DNA from: Armatimonadota bacterium | GTDB lineage: Bacteria > Armatimonadota > UBA5829 > DTLH01 | Direction: 5' to 3' | Assembly (NCBI GenBank): GCA_039679675.1 | Contig: JBDKUN010000021.1 | Coordinates: 17,571 to 81,570 of the forward strand | DNA: 64,000 bases | Shown here: in pieces, positions 1-9,180 of the stretch | Position numbering within the stretch: position 1 is the first letter of the stretch | Layout: each line of letters starts with the position of its first letter | Made by a program: the position numbers and the translations under genes | The notes under the pieces: model-generated | Told to the model about the DNA's origin: nothing | What the model saw: only the letters and a program-made list of their open reading frames with translations | Database searches by the model: none

Positions 1-2538
1 CAAAATACGCGCGCCGAAGCATATCAGCAGTCCGAAGCAGGCAAACACCTTCGACGCCTATGGCGTCGGCTTCGGCAGCAAGCAGCCCGAAGCAAAAAAA
101 CCGCTTTTCTTTCTGTTCCCTGTTCACTGTTCACTATTCCCTTTGTCCTGGCACTGATATTCACGCTGCTGTTCACAGCGGCAGCTTCAGCACAGACTAT
201 CGACGAACCGCCGCAGGCGCCGGCTGTCGAAACTGTGCCGCAAGTCTCTCAGCCCGCGCAAAACCCGAATGCCACCCCCGGGCCGGAGGGAGAGACTCCG
301 CATGAGCCATCACAGCCGCCTACAGGTTATGAACCCACGCCGGGCCCAACGGTCACTGTCACAGGAGGGGTAAACGTGCCGGTAGGGCCAAACCAGCTCA
401 GGCTCGACGCCCAGATCTGGCGAGTGGAGTTCGAAGAAAGCGTAGCCGTACTCGTAACTGCAGAAGGCAATGTGAAAGCAATCTATCAGAACTACACCGT
501 CTTGAGCGAAACAGCCCGTATCGATCTGAAGACAAAAATAGCGACGTTTTCCGGCAATGTCATCTTTCAGGTGGATGGGCTGGATGTTCACGGTTCAGAA
601 TTATCGATCAACCTCGATACCCGTGGGTGGAACTTCGAATCGGCAAAAAGCGAGATCAAACCGGAGTCGTTTCCTGAGCTGATCAAAGCGCCGGTATTCC
701 TTTCGGGCAGTTCTGTGTCGGGCCGGTCTGACAACTTTGCCCAGGCGATCAACGGCGGGTTCACGACCTGCAATCTGGAGCATCCGCACTACTTTATAAG
801 TGCAAAATCAATTGCTGTCTGGCCTAACGAGAAACTGGTAGCCAGAGACGCAACATTTATTGCACTCGGCAAGCGTATATTCCGAATCCCACTGCTTTCT
901 ATCCCGCTTACCAGGCTTAGAGAACGTCCGAGCATCATGCCCAGTGTCGGACAGACAGAAGAAGAGGGTTTCTTCCTCAAAACTGCTTATACTTATGCAG
1001 CGACAGTGGCGAATTCCGGCAACCTTAAGCTCGACCTGATGACCGAGAAGGGTGTTGGGCTTGGAATAGATGATCTTTACACTGTCAAAACAGGCCAGGG
1101 AAACCTTAATCTCTACCAACTGTCAGATAAAAACCGTGACTTGAACACTCTGACCGGCCGATGGACTCACCAGCAAAAGTTTGGGACAATCACAGCCAAT
1201 TTGACATCCGATTACCGGGCGAACAGCTATCAATACGCCTCGCAATCGACATCTCTCAGCAATGAGCTTCACCTCAGCAGAAACCAGCCGGGGGCATCCA
1301 CGGACTTCGGCATAAGGCAGTCGCTCAACCATGGGTTCGGGCGGTACGGAACCTGGACATCGACGCTGCAGCACAACCAACAGTTCGGAGAACAATCGTC
1401 GGCTGTTATCAACTTCGATTATTTCCGGTCCGAAAGCCCGTTTTCAATAAACAACGAAACGGTAAATGCGGCGACCGCGCAGCTCGTTTCCGGGCTGGAC
1501 TACAGCCAGCGCGCCAAACGCTACGATTGGAACCTCAGGATCAACAAGATCAACGATCTTTCGGATGACATACTCATCAAAAATCTCGGCAGCCAGTTTA
1601 CGGGGACAGAAAAACTTCCAGAGCTGGAGCTGACGACCAGCGGCGAACGGCTGGGAAAGACTTTCTTCGGGCTTCCGACGCTCCTGAGACTGGCAGTAGG
1701 CAAGTATAGTGAAGACCTCGGCAAAGTCGAGACGGAACGAATGGTGGCGGACATCGATGTCCCTTCCAGAAAGTATAAACTCTCCGACCAGCTCAACCTT
1801 GCCGTGGGCGGAGGGTTCCGGCAGTATGTCTATGGTGACGATACCGCGCAGTATTCCATAGATACCACTGCAGACCTTACCAGGCAGATCGGAAAAGAAT
1901 CGAGCGCAGCACTCACTTACCGGTTCCTCAGGCCCAGGGGTTTCACACCGTTCAGGTTCGATTTTATCGGTAAATACAATACTCTGAGCGCGCGGCTGAA
2001 CATGCGGGAGACACAACGGTTCAGGTTCAGCCTGTATACCGGCTACAATTTCGAACAGGAGGACTTCCCCTGGCAGGACATCAGCTTCAAGATGGCTTTT
2101 GCGCCGAATGATCAATATCTGTTCTACACATCGACCGGTTACGACCTGAACCGTTCAAAGTGGCGTTCGCTTATAAACCAGGTAAGGGTCCGGTTGACGG
2201 ATAATTTCAAACTGGATGTAGGTTCCCGCTACGACATAGCCGAAAGCAAACTCGCGAGTATCAAAGCGCAGATAGACACGCCTTTCGGCAGCCTGTGGCA
2301 CATCCGGGCGAACGCAGGTTACAATGGCTACACCAGCGAATTCGACTATAGAAATATCCAGCTGGTGCGCGACCTGCACTGCTGGGAGCTGTCTCTGACT
2401 TACGTGGACCAAACATCGTTCTGGCAGCAGAAAGGGCTTATGCTGAATCTGAGGATAAAAGCCTTCCCGTTGTTCGACAGCTTCGGCGTAGGCCAGTTCG
2501 GGCAGGCGCTAGATACGAGTGTTGGGGAAGAGTTGTAA
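1..2538 (+). CDS. LptD/OstA-like outer-membrane (LPS assembly) protein, 5'-truncated by the window edge
   Basis: The frame of ORF 235..2538 is open back to base 1 and encodes a signal peptide (IPFVLALIFTLLFTAAASA|QTIDEPP) upstream of the listed GTG. OstA-like N-domain with FTTCNLEHPHY motif; beta-strand-rich C-terminal region with RDLHCWE. Confidence 0.65.
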   Translation, partial: QNTRAEAYQQSEAGKHLRRLWRRLRQQAARSKKTAFLSVPCSLFTIPFVLALIFTLLFTAAASAQTIDEPPQAPAVETVPQVSQPAQNPNATPGPEGETPHEPSQPPTGYEPTPGPTVTVTGGVNVPVGPNQLRLDAQIWRVEFEESVAVLVTAEGNVKAIYQNYTVLSETARIDLKTKIATFSGNVIFQVDGLDVHGSELSINLDTRGWNFESAKSEIKPESFPELIKAPVFLSGSSVSGRSDNFAQAINGGFTTCNLEHPHYFISAKSIAVWPNEKLVARDATFIALGKRIFRIPLLSIPLTRLRERPSIMPSVGQTEEEGFFLKTAYTYAATVANSGNLKLDLMTEKGVGLGIDDLYTVKTGQGNLNLYQLSDKNRDLNTLTGRWTHQQKFGTITANLTSDYRANSYQYASQSTSLSNELHLSRNQPGASTDFGIRQSLNHGFGRYGTWTSTLQHNQQFGEQSSAVINFDYFRSESPFSINNETVNAATAQLVSGLDYSQRAKRYDWNLRINKINDLSDDILIKNLGSQFTGTEKLPELELTTSGERLGKTFFGLPTLLRLAVGKYSEDLGKVETERMVADIDVPSRKYKLSDQLNLAVGGGFRQYVYGDDTAQYSIDTTADLTRQIGKESSAALTYRFLRPRGFTPFRFDFIGKYNTLSARLNMRETQRFRFSLYTGYNFEQEDFPWQDISFKMAFAPNDQYLFYTSTGYDLNRSKWRSLINQVRVRLTDNFKLDVGSRYDIAESKLASIKAQIDTPFGSLWHIRANAGYNGYTSEFDYRNIQLVRDLHCWELSLTYVDQTSFWQQKGLMLNLRIKAFPLFDSFGVGQFGQALDTSVGEEL
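50..94 (+). repeat. Double-hairpin palindromic repeat 'A', copy 1 (inside CDS)
   Basis: TTCGACGCCTATGGCGTCGGCTTCGGCAGCAAGCAGCCCGAAGCA; near-identical copies at 27390-27434 and 48245-48288. Confidence 0.85.
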
Positions 2539-2580
2539 GAAGAATCAGGATCGAAATTCAATCCATGATACCTGTATATA

Positions 2581-2793
2581 TCACTTGCCAGCTATATAAT
2601 TCCACAAGCTTACCGATGCATATGTGCTAATCAGCCCGATAATCCCGCCGATGAGTCCATAAATGCCTCGCTTCTTTTGCCTTTCTTCTTTAGTCGGCCA
2701 ATACTTGGCAAGTATAAAAAAAACCGGATATGCGATAACCATATAAAATATGCCTACTGTGATAGCTTTGTATACATCCCATTTAGTGAACAT
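2581..2793 (-). CDS. Small hypothetical membrane protein (70 aa, two hydrophobic segments)
   Basis: ATG preceded by GAGAGG; two TM-like stretches flanking a basic loop; AT-rich. Confidence 0.6.
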   Translation of the reverse strand: MFTKWDVYKAITVGIFYMVIAYPVFFILAKYWPTKEERQKKRGIYGLIGGIIGLISTYASVSLWNYIAGK

Positions 2794-3254
2794 TTGATCG
2801 CCTCTCTGAATTCTCCAGGTTTTATGGCATAGTAACTACAAATAATAAATCTATCTTATATTGCGTTGGCCAAAAGTCCTTCATTCAAGATTGATGGATT
2901 AAAGGAAGAGTTCTATTCTTCGGCGTTCTTTTTGCGCCGAAGTCCCATGTATCAACATCTGTGGCATGAACAACGCAGCAGATTACCATCTACCAATATA
3001 ATTCGTCGCAATATATATCACACGGGCTTGGTTGGAATTCATTCATTTGATAATGCCGAATTGAAAATCCGGAAAGAGGCATTCTGGATTGCAAATCCAT
3101 GATGATCATATTATCGAGGGGGTATAAATGCAGCCGGCGGCCGCCTTCGAGAATATCCGGTCTCCCGACCAAATCCCTCGTAGACAGCCGCCCGCCGGAG
3201 TCCAGGCCTCACCCCTTTCAGACACCGGCAGGCAAATCAAGCATGAATCGCTCG

Positions 3255-3352
3255 CTACTTCGGCAACCAGGCTATCATAACCGCGAATCCGCGGCTTTAG
3301 ACCCTTGGCTTTGCGTACCCCTCGGTTTCCCCAGAGGCTGCCTTTGTCGGTG
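3255..3352 (-). promoter_or_regulatory. c-di-GMP-I (GEMM) riboswitch, downstream copy
   Basis: Minus strand CGACAAAGGCAGCCTCTGGGGAAACCGAGGGGTACGCAAAGCCAAGGGTCTAAAGCCGCGGATTCGCGGTTATGATAGCCTGGTTGCCGAAG: GAAA-capped P2, ACGCAAAGC junction, CTAA...AUG receptor-type P3, GTTGCCG 3' end. Confidence 0.85.
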
Positions 3353-3365
3353 TCGCGCGTCCAGT

Positions 3366-3510
3366 GGGCTTCGGCAGCCAGGCTACCTTGCGACCCCTGC
3401 GCCCATTATTCAGCTCTCGTGCTTCCAAGAGTTCAATATTGAGCACCGGACCGGTTAGGTCCTATAGCTTTGCGCCCCCGCCTTTCGACGGGTTTGCCAT
3501 TATCGCGCTC
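3366..3510 (-). promoter_or_regulatory. c-di-GMP-I (GEMM) riboswitch, upstream copy with extended P3
   Basis: Minus strand CGATAATGGCAAACCCGTCGAAAGGCGGGGGCGCAAAGCTATAGGACCTAA-(~65 nt)-GGTAGCCTGGCTGCCGAAG matches the GEMM-I consensus. Confidence 0.85.
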
Positions 3511-3688
3511 CCTTGCGTAAAATTATTCCCATATTCGGTTATCTCTATTCAGTTGTAATCCCCAGCCCGTGTTATTCACATTTCTTGAATAAAACAGGCT
3601 GTTTGATTGTCACTTAGATTATGCCGTGTGGCAGAGCATTCTAACGCTGCAAAAAATACCAGCTTTTTTGTACAGTTTAAACTGCAGA

Positions 3689-3714
3689 GTTTGAAAACCA
3701 GCTCAAGCGGGTAA
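3689..3714 (+). promoter_or_regulatory. SigB/SigF-type promoter upstream of nfi
   Basis: GTTT-N16-GGGTAA. Confidence 0.5.
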
Positions 3715-3773
3715 ATTTCAACGGAAGGAATCGGCTGCGAGCCTGAAGCAGCCAATTTGTTTGCGGAAACAGC

Positions 3774-4439
3774 ATGCGTATCAAAAATTTGCATCCATGG
3801 AATGTCACCCCGGCTGAGGCTGTGCGTATACAAAACAATCTGCGCCGTCTCGTATCTCTCGATGACGACTTCGGGCCCGTTCGGGCTATCGCCGGAGTCG
3901 ATGTCGGGCTCTCTCAAGCTAATGAAATAGCTACCGGAGGGGTAGTCGTGCTGTCATTTCCCGATCTGGAGCTGATCGAAACGGCTTTCGCGACGAGACC
4001 GCTGGAGTTCCCCTACATTCCGGGGCTCCTGGCCTTTCGAGAAATACCGGCAATTTTGGACGCATTCAAGCTCCTGAAGGCAAAACCTGATATTATGATC
4101 GTCGACGGACAAGGTTTGGCGCATCAACGCAGGTTCGGCATCGCCTGCCACCTCGGAGTCCTGCTCGACCTACCCAGTATAGGCTGCGGAAAGTCCCGGT
4201 TGGTCGGCGATTACGAGGAACCAGGCCCCGAACCGGGCGATTCATCTCCGCTTATGGCAGACGGCGAGCAATTGGGCAATGTTGTCCGCACAAAACTCCG
4301 TGTAAAGCCTGTTTTTATCTCCCCAGGCCACAGAATCAGCTTCACATCGGCTGTCGAAATGACTCTCAGCTGCGTCAAGGGCTACAGACTGCCCGAACCG
4401 GTCAGGCTGGCGCATAATCTGGTTTCATCTGCTCCTTAA
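3774..4439 (+). CDS. nfi: Endonuclease V (deoxyinosine 3'-endonuclease)
   Basis: IAGVDV, FPYIPGLLAFRE, VDGQGLAH, GCGKS, ISPGH and LPEPVRLAH motifs. Confidence 0.95.
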   Translation: MRIKNLHPWNVTPAEAVRIQNNLRRLVSLDDDFGPVRAIAGVDVGLSQANEIATGGVVVLSFPDLELIETAFATRPLEFPYIPGLLAFREIPAILDAFKLLKAKPDIMIVDGQGLAHQRRFGIACHLGVLLDLPSIGCGKSRLVGDYEEPGPEPGDSSPLMADGEQLGNVVRTKLRVKPVFISPGHRISFTSAVEMTLSCVKGYRLPEPVRLAHNLVSSAP

Positions 4440-4498
4440 AATTGCAGGAATCCCCTCAACAGGCGAATAATTAGTATAATATTACCGGTGCAATCATA

Positions 4499-5509
4499 AT
4501 GATTCTTTCTACATTTAAAAGACTACGCCTCGCGCTCCTCGCGCTTCTTGCGCTGGTGGCACTGGGGACAATAGGCTACAAGCTGATTGAGGGTTGGTCG
4601 ACCCTCAATGCGCTCTATATGACGGTCATCACACTGGCTACGGTCGGATACAAGGAAGTAGCACCGCTTTCCCCGCCGGGGAAAGTATTTACCATCATTC
4701 TGATCTCGTTCGGTGTGTCAATCGTATTCTGGGCAGTAGCAAGCCTTTTCGAGATTGTCATCAGCGAACAGCTTTGGCACACTTTATTGAGGAGACGAAT
4801 GGAAAACCAGATCAACAAGCTCCAGGATCACTATATTATCTGTGGATATGGCAGAATGGGTCAGGAAATAGCCAAGGTATTTTCCAACAGCAAAGTGCCT
4901 TACGCGGTGGTTGAAATCAACCCGGAGCAACTCCCCAAATTAATCGAGCAAAACATTCCATTCATAGAAGGCAACGCCAGCGACGACAAGGTACTCCTGG
5001 CTGCTGGTATAAAACGGGCAAAAGGACTGGTAACAGTCGCTGCGAGCGATGAAGAGAATGTCTTCATCACCCTGACCGCGCGAGGGCTGAGCCCTGATCT
5101 CTTTATAGTCGCACGGTCGATACGCGAGGAAAACGAAGACAAGCTGAAAAGAGCTGGCGCAAACAAAGTGATGTCGCCTTACATCTCTGGCGGGAGGCGG
5201 ATGGCGTTCGCTGCGCTCAGACCCCAGGTACTGGAGTTCCTTGATGCAGCAATACGGGCGGATGACATTACATTTGAGCTCGATGATGTGAATGTCACAA
5301 GCAAATCCCCGTTCGTTGGCAAGCGGATAAACGAGTCCAGGATCAGAGAGACATCCGGCGCAATGATACTTGCGGTCAGGTCATCGAACGGCACGCTGAA
5401 TTACAACCCGAACCCGAACACGGTGCTCATCGATGGAGACACATTGATCCTCGTAGGCACCCCGGCGGAGCTTAACACCGCCCAGGCTTACGCCGCCGGT
5501 CACAATTGA
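4499..5509 (+). CDS. Potassium channel family protein (2TM pore + TrkA-N/TrkA-C RCK domains)
   Basis: Pore helix TLATVGY, ICGYGRMG Rossmann motif, C-terminal TrkA-C domain. Confidence 0.9.
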   Translation: MILSTFKRLRLALLALLALVALGTIGYKLIEGWSTLNALYMTVITLATVGYKEVAPLSPPGKVFTIILISFGVSIVFWAVASLFEIVISEQLWHTLLRRRMENQINKLQDHYIICGYGRMGQEIAKVFSNSKVPYAVVEINPEQLPKLIEQNIPFIEGNASDDKVLLAAGIKRAKGLVTVAASDEENVFITLTARGLSPDLFIVARSIREENEDKLKRAGANKVMSPYISGGRRMAFAALRPQVLEFLDAAIRADDITFELDDVNVTSKSPFVGKRINESRIRETSGAMILAVRSSNGTLNYNPNPNTVLIDGDTLILVGTPAELNTAQAYAAGHN

Positions 5510-5544
5510 CAAGAGCGGGCGCTGCCGGCTCAGAGAGGCTTATT

Positions 5545-6033
5545 ATGAAAAAAATCGGATTCGCATTGTTCTCGATAGTGGTAATAGCTCTGGCAGTAGG
5601 CTACATTGTGGTAAACAGGAACACTGCGTCAGACCAGGACCAGATTGTCACGCTCATCGAACGCGGCAGGCAAAGCGTCGAGGCTAAATCTCTCGATTCT
5701 GCCATGGCGTGTGTTTCCAGAAGTTACAAAGACAACGGCGAGATGAACTACGACCGGATCAAACTGCTTATTACCGAAGCATTTCGTTCCGATTCACACT
5801 ACGAAGCAACGGTGGACAATCCCGTTATAGATATGCAAGGCACTGGTAAAGCCCGTGCAAAAGCGCATGTAACGGTATTTGCGGTCCGTTCAGATGATAA
5901 GCAAGAAGTCTTCTCGGGCAATATCATATTTTCTCTGACGAAGGAGCGGACGCGCAAATACCTGATCTTCCCCACTCATGAATGGAAGGTAAGCGGGGTC
6001 GAAGGACTTGGCAGGATTTTCGACCTGCTGTAG
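5545..6033 (+). CDS. Hypothetical membrane-anchored protein, NTF2/SnoaL-like
   Basis: ATG after AGAGG; N-terminal TM; helix-helix-beta pattern ending in WKV. Confidence 0.6.
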   Translation: MKKIGFALFSIVVIALAVGYIVVNRNTASDQDQIVTLIERGRQSVEAKSLDSAMACVSRSYKDNGEMNYDRIKLLITEAFRSDSHYEATVDNPVIDMQGTGKARAKAHVTVFAVRSDDKQEVFSGNIIFSLTKERTRKYLIFPTHEWKVSGVEGLGRIFDLL

Positions 6034-6056
6034 AGATGTACGCCGCAGACGAAGCA

Positions 6057-6257
6057 TCAGTAGGTCGGCGCGGTCACTTCGTTCACATCAACTGTGACCC
6101 CATGGTCGATATTCAACAGAGACTCCTGTATGATGTCGCGAATTTCCTCCGGGCTGACCATCTCGCCATTACTCTGAGACCAGACTATCGTAACCGAAAA
6201 CTGCTGCCGCTGCGGCTGTTCTTCTTCGCTCATATATTCATCGTTGTTATTGCGCAT
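6057..6257 (-). CDS. Small acidic hypothetical protein (66 aa)
   Basis: GGAGG RBS, ATG, protein-like composition. Confidence 0.65.
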   Translation of the reverse strand: MRNNNDEYMSEEEQPQRQQFSVTIVWSQSNGEMVSPEEIRDIIQESLLNIDHGVTVDVNEVTAPTY

Positions 6258-6438
6258 TGCTAACCTCCAATACCCGTTTCCGTATTATTACCCCGCGCGG
6301 CAGCCTGTCCTAATCATTTCTGTTACCTATCGTAATTATTACGCAGAACTTTTTTGTCGAAATTTGCGTTCAGAAACGGCAGATAGTGGTAGAATTAATA
6401 ACGTATAGACTGCTCAACAATATTCTATCAGGGTCAAA

Positions 6439-7557
6439 ATGAACTGGTTATGTAAAAAAAGCATCCACTATATCGCGATTTTTGCACCTCTTGCTATCGC
6501 TGTCCCGGCTGTGCTCTACAGCGGAAGCGTTAACAAAGGGTATTCCTATAAGCCCTCCATATCCCTTCCGGACATATCTTCGGAACCTGGTTCTGAGACT
6601 CAGTCCGTCCAGATGGCATTCCTGCCGGGTGATAATCTGACGCTCAGTCCATTCCCTCTCCAGCCGCTTCGGTCTGCTTTCAGCAGCAGATCGGCTATCA
6701 GTACAAGGCTTATCGACTGGCGGTTATTCCGTGACGAGCTGGGATCATACGAGATAGAACTGAAGTCCGACCCGGATGAAATGACTAACGTCCAACTAGC
6801 CGCAAATGCCATAAACGGAGTTATCGTCCAGCCGTTCGACACATTCTCGTTCAACGCAGCGGTCGGAGAACGCTCCGGCGAACGCGGGTTCAGGTCCGGG
6901 CTGATGTTTTCGAACGGAGAAGTCATATCAGGCATAGGCGGCGGTGTATGCCTTGTCTCTACCGCGCTCTACAATTGCGCACTTGAGGCCGGATGCAAGA
7001 TCATCGAGCGCGCACACCATTCCGGCCCGGTCCGCTACGCCGGTCCGGGGCTGGACGCGGCAGTAGTCTACGGCACGCTTGATATGAGGTTCAAGAACGA
7101 TACACCTTCGCCCAAGCTCATCCAGGCAAAAGTTGAAGATGGCAGACTGATCGTCAGCATAAACGGCAAGAAACAGCCGGGGTATTCGGTAGAAATAGTA
7201 AAATCAGGCTATAAAGAACTGCCTTATAAGATCATCGAAGTAGAAGACCCTGCCTTGCCGGATGGAGAAGTAAAGGTAAAGACTCCGGCAAGGACAGGTT
7301 ACGATGTGAGCATCGCAAGGATCATCAGACAGGACGGCAAAATCATCAAACGCGAGGACATGAACCATGATTATATGCCCGCGAGGAATAAAGTCGTTCT
7401 CATCCCACCAAAACCCAAAGAAGAACAGCTCGAAGAGCCCAAACCCGTTCAAGTATGCGAGCCCGCAGAGCCGAAATGTGCAGAATGCAAGGAAGAGAAG
7501 TTGCAGGGCGAGGGGATTAATGTAGAGCTGGACAAGCAGCCTCCACACACACCATAA
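6439..7557 (+). CDS. VanW-domain protein with C-terminal G5-like domain
   Basis: FSFNAAVGER, GIGGGVCLVSTALYN, ERAHHS, GLDAAV, DMRFKN motifs. Confidence 0.85.
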   Translation: MNWLCKKSIHYIAIFAPLAIAVPAVLYSGSVNKGYSYKPSISLPDISSEPGSETQSVQMAFLPGDNLTLSPFPLQPLRSAFSSRSAISTRLIDWRLFRDELGSYEIELKSDPDEMTNVQLAANAINGVIVQPFDTFSFNAAVGERSGERGFRSGLMFSNGEVISGIGGGVCLVSTALYNCALEAGCKIIERAHHSGPVRYAGPGLDAAVVYGTLDMRFKNDTPSPKLIQAKVEDGRLIVSINGKKQPGYSVEIVKSGYKELPYKIIEVEDPALPDGEVKVKTPARTGYDVSIARIIRQDGKIIKREDMNHDYMPARNKVVLIPPKPKEEQLEEPKPVQVCEPAEPKCAECKEEKLQGEGINVELDKQPPHTP

Positions 7558-7592
7558 ACCAATGGTGTACGGCCGCAGATTACATCAAAAAT

Positions 7593-7617
7593 AAAAAGGC
7601 CGGGGGTCATCCGGCCA
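7593..7617 (-). terminator. Intrinsic terminator between convergent genes
   Basis: GGCCGG..CCGGCC stem followed by a T-run on the minus strand. Confidence 0.55.
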
Positions 7618-7632
7618 AATCTGTCCCCCGCT

Positions 7633-8112
7633 TCATGCAGTCAGCGAAGACATAAGCGCCATGACTTTGTGGTATGTCACAAACTGATAAAACTCCATCC
7701 CTATGGATGACTTTACCAGCATATCGGGAAGGACGCCTCCCGTGCTTGCAGCAATAGCCAATAGCTTCATGACTACATGCCCCAGAATAATCGCAACCCC
7801 TATTCCAAGCACACCGCCGAGGGGATGATCGAATGTATCGAGCGTAATGAGCGTTGCATCGTATACCTTTTTGCCGATAAACAAAAGGGCTATTGCCAAT
7901 ACGGCGAAAGCCCCGGCGAATAACAACGCTTCATTTGCCTGAGACTCACTTATAAAACAAAAAGATTTGGCCAGTTGAGGGACAACAATAGGAACCAATC
8001 GGACAGCAACAAAAAGTGCGATAAAATCGAATATAGCCTTCCCAAACCCGCGTTTTGCTTCGAAAACCATTATGCCGAGGAGGATTATGACCAGAAAAAC
8101 ATCGATAATCAC
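7633..8112 (-). CDS. CvpA family (colicin V production) membrane protein
   Basis: Four TM segments; KRGF motif and D-H-P-L-G-G-V-L-G motif. Confidence 0.75.
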   Translation of the reverse strand: MIIDVFLVIILLGIMVFEAKRGFGKAIFDFIALFVAVRLVPIVVPQLAKSFCFISESQANEALLFAGAFAVLAIALLFIGKKVYDATLITLDTFDHPLGGVLGIGVAIILGHVVMKLLAIAASTGGVLPDMLVKSSIGMEFYQFVTYHKVMALMSSLTA

Positions 8113-8152
8113 GCAGCATCACCCCATTTAGCAAGATCAAAAAACTACTTTT

Positions 8153-9010
8153 CTAATCTTTTACGGCTTTCAGCGCGCCGTAACCGACGACCTGGCTTGT
8201 GTCGCCGATAATGTCGCCGGATGTGTAATACGATAACAAATCGGCCCTCTTTGCCCCAAGAGACCGGTGCGCCGCGAGCGCGATTGCCGTTGGCACCACC
8301 CCACACATCGATATGTCCATTCGTGCGACGACGTCGATCAGTCCGGCATAATCCAGTGACTCCATCGCCGCGATAGCTGCTCTGTCCTTTCGTTCGGCCT
8401 CAGCCTTAGGCTGGTAGTGTGTTAGATCTGTGCTGGCGATCACGACGGCGTTCTTGCCATCGATTGCAGATGTAATAGCCCTACCTAATTCTTCCGCATA
8501 CAGCAGGGCATCTTCCCATGCAATAATAGAAATTAATATGGGGACAATTTTTGTCTTGCCGCCGAGGTATTGCAAAAACGGGACCTGTACCTCCAGCGAA
8601 TGCTCCGGTTGATGGGCGCGGTTATCTTCGGTGACGAGATCGGTTGCGCCCATAATCGCGCGTGCCGCGTCCGAATCAATCTCAACTTCACCAAATGGAG
8701 TCAGCCAAGATCCCTGCGGCATAATCGCCGCCGGAGCGCCGATTCCACGGTGGTTGGGTCCGATCAAAACAGCAGTATCGGGAAGCCCGTCATCAGCGAG
8801 GTCGAAAAACGCTGATGCGGTGGCATAACCGGAAAACCGGTAACCTGCATGCGGGCATATCAGCCCGACTATATTTCGGGTTATGATCGGAGCAGGAACA
8901 GGAAGGCGCCCCGGCCCATAGGGCCCCAGAAAACAGGCGTCCATCGTCTCCCGGAGGTCTTCCGGCGACTCATCGTAAAACAACCCCGCAACCGCTGGCT
9001 GGCGTATCAT
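8153..9010 (-). CDS. amrB: AmmeMemoRadiSam system protein B (MEMO1 family)
   Basis: IRQPAVAGLFY, PHAGYRFSG, GPNH, EHSLEVQVPFLQ, STDLTHY, SMCG, VVGY motifs. Confidence 0.92.
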   Translation of the reverse strand: MIRQPAVAGLFYDESPEDLRETMDACFLGPYGPGRLPVPAPIITRNIVGLICPHAGYRFSGYATASAFFDLADDGLPDTAVLIGPNHRGIGAPAAIMPQGSWLTPFGEVEIDSDAARAIMGATDLVTEDNRAHQPEHSLEVQVPFLQYLGGKTKIVPILISIIAWEDALLYAEELGRAITSAIDGKNAVVIASTDLTHYQPKAEAERKDRAAIAAMESLDYAGLIDVVARMDISMCGVVPTAIALAAHRSLGAKRADLLSYYTSGDIIGDTSQVVGYGALKAVKD

Positions 9011-9044
9011 TTTCTGGCCTCCTTGTAAATCAATCTGTCCGATT

Positions 9045-9072
9045 AGTATAGCGTTACAACACCCTGTGTCAA
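9045..9072 (-). promoter_or_regulatory. sigma70 promoter of amrB-cvpA
   Basis: TTGACA-N16-TATACT on the minus strand. Confidence 0.7.
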
Positions 9073-9146
9073 GGTGATTCTATAGTATTTCCGGCTTGTT
9101 TCCAAATCTTTACCTGGTAATATTACCTGAATTTGCAATTAACCTC

Positions 9147-9175
9147 TTGACATCGGTTCAAACCTCTGCTAGATT
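9147..9175 (+). promoter_or_regulatory. sigma70 promoter
   Basis: TTGACA-N17-TAGATT with TG extension. Confidence 0.65.
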
Positions 9176-9180
9176 GCTAT

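Noticed and set aside
2866..3172. ORFs 2866..3102 (+) and 2990..3172 (-)
   Set aside because: Overlapping, no clear RBS or recognisable motifs; not called as genes.
3099..3558. ORFs 3099..3458 and 3364..3558
   Set aside because: Antisense to the riboswitches; translations look like shadow ORFs.
4636..4660. Non-canonical K+ filter TVGYK
   Set aside because: TVG(Y/F)xE variants are common in this TrkA-domain channel family.
8153..9010. Complete AmmeMemoRadiSam system
   Set aside because: Only protein B is present; the partners are often unlinked, so this is unremarkable.
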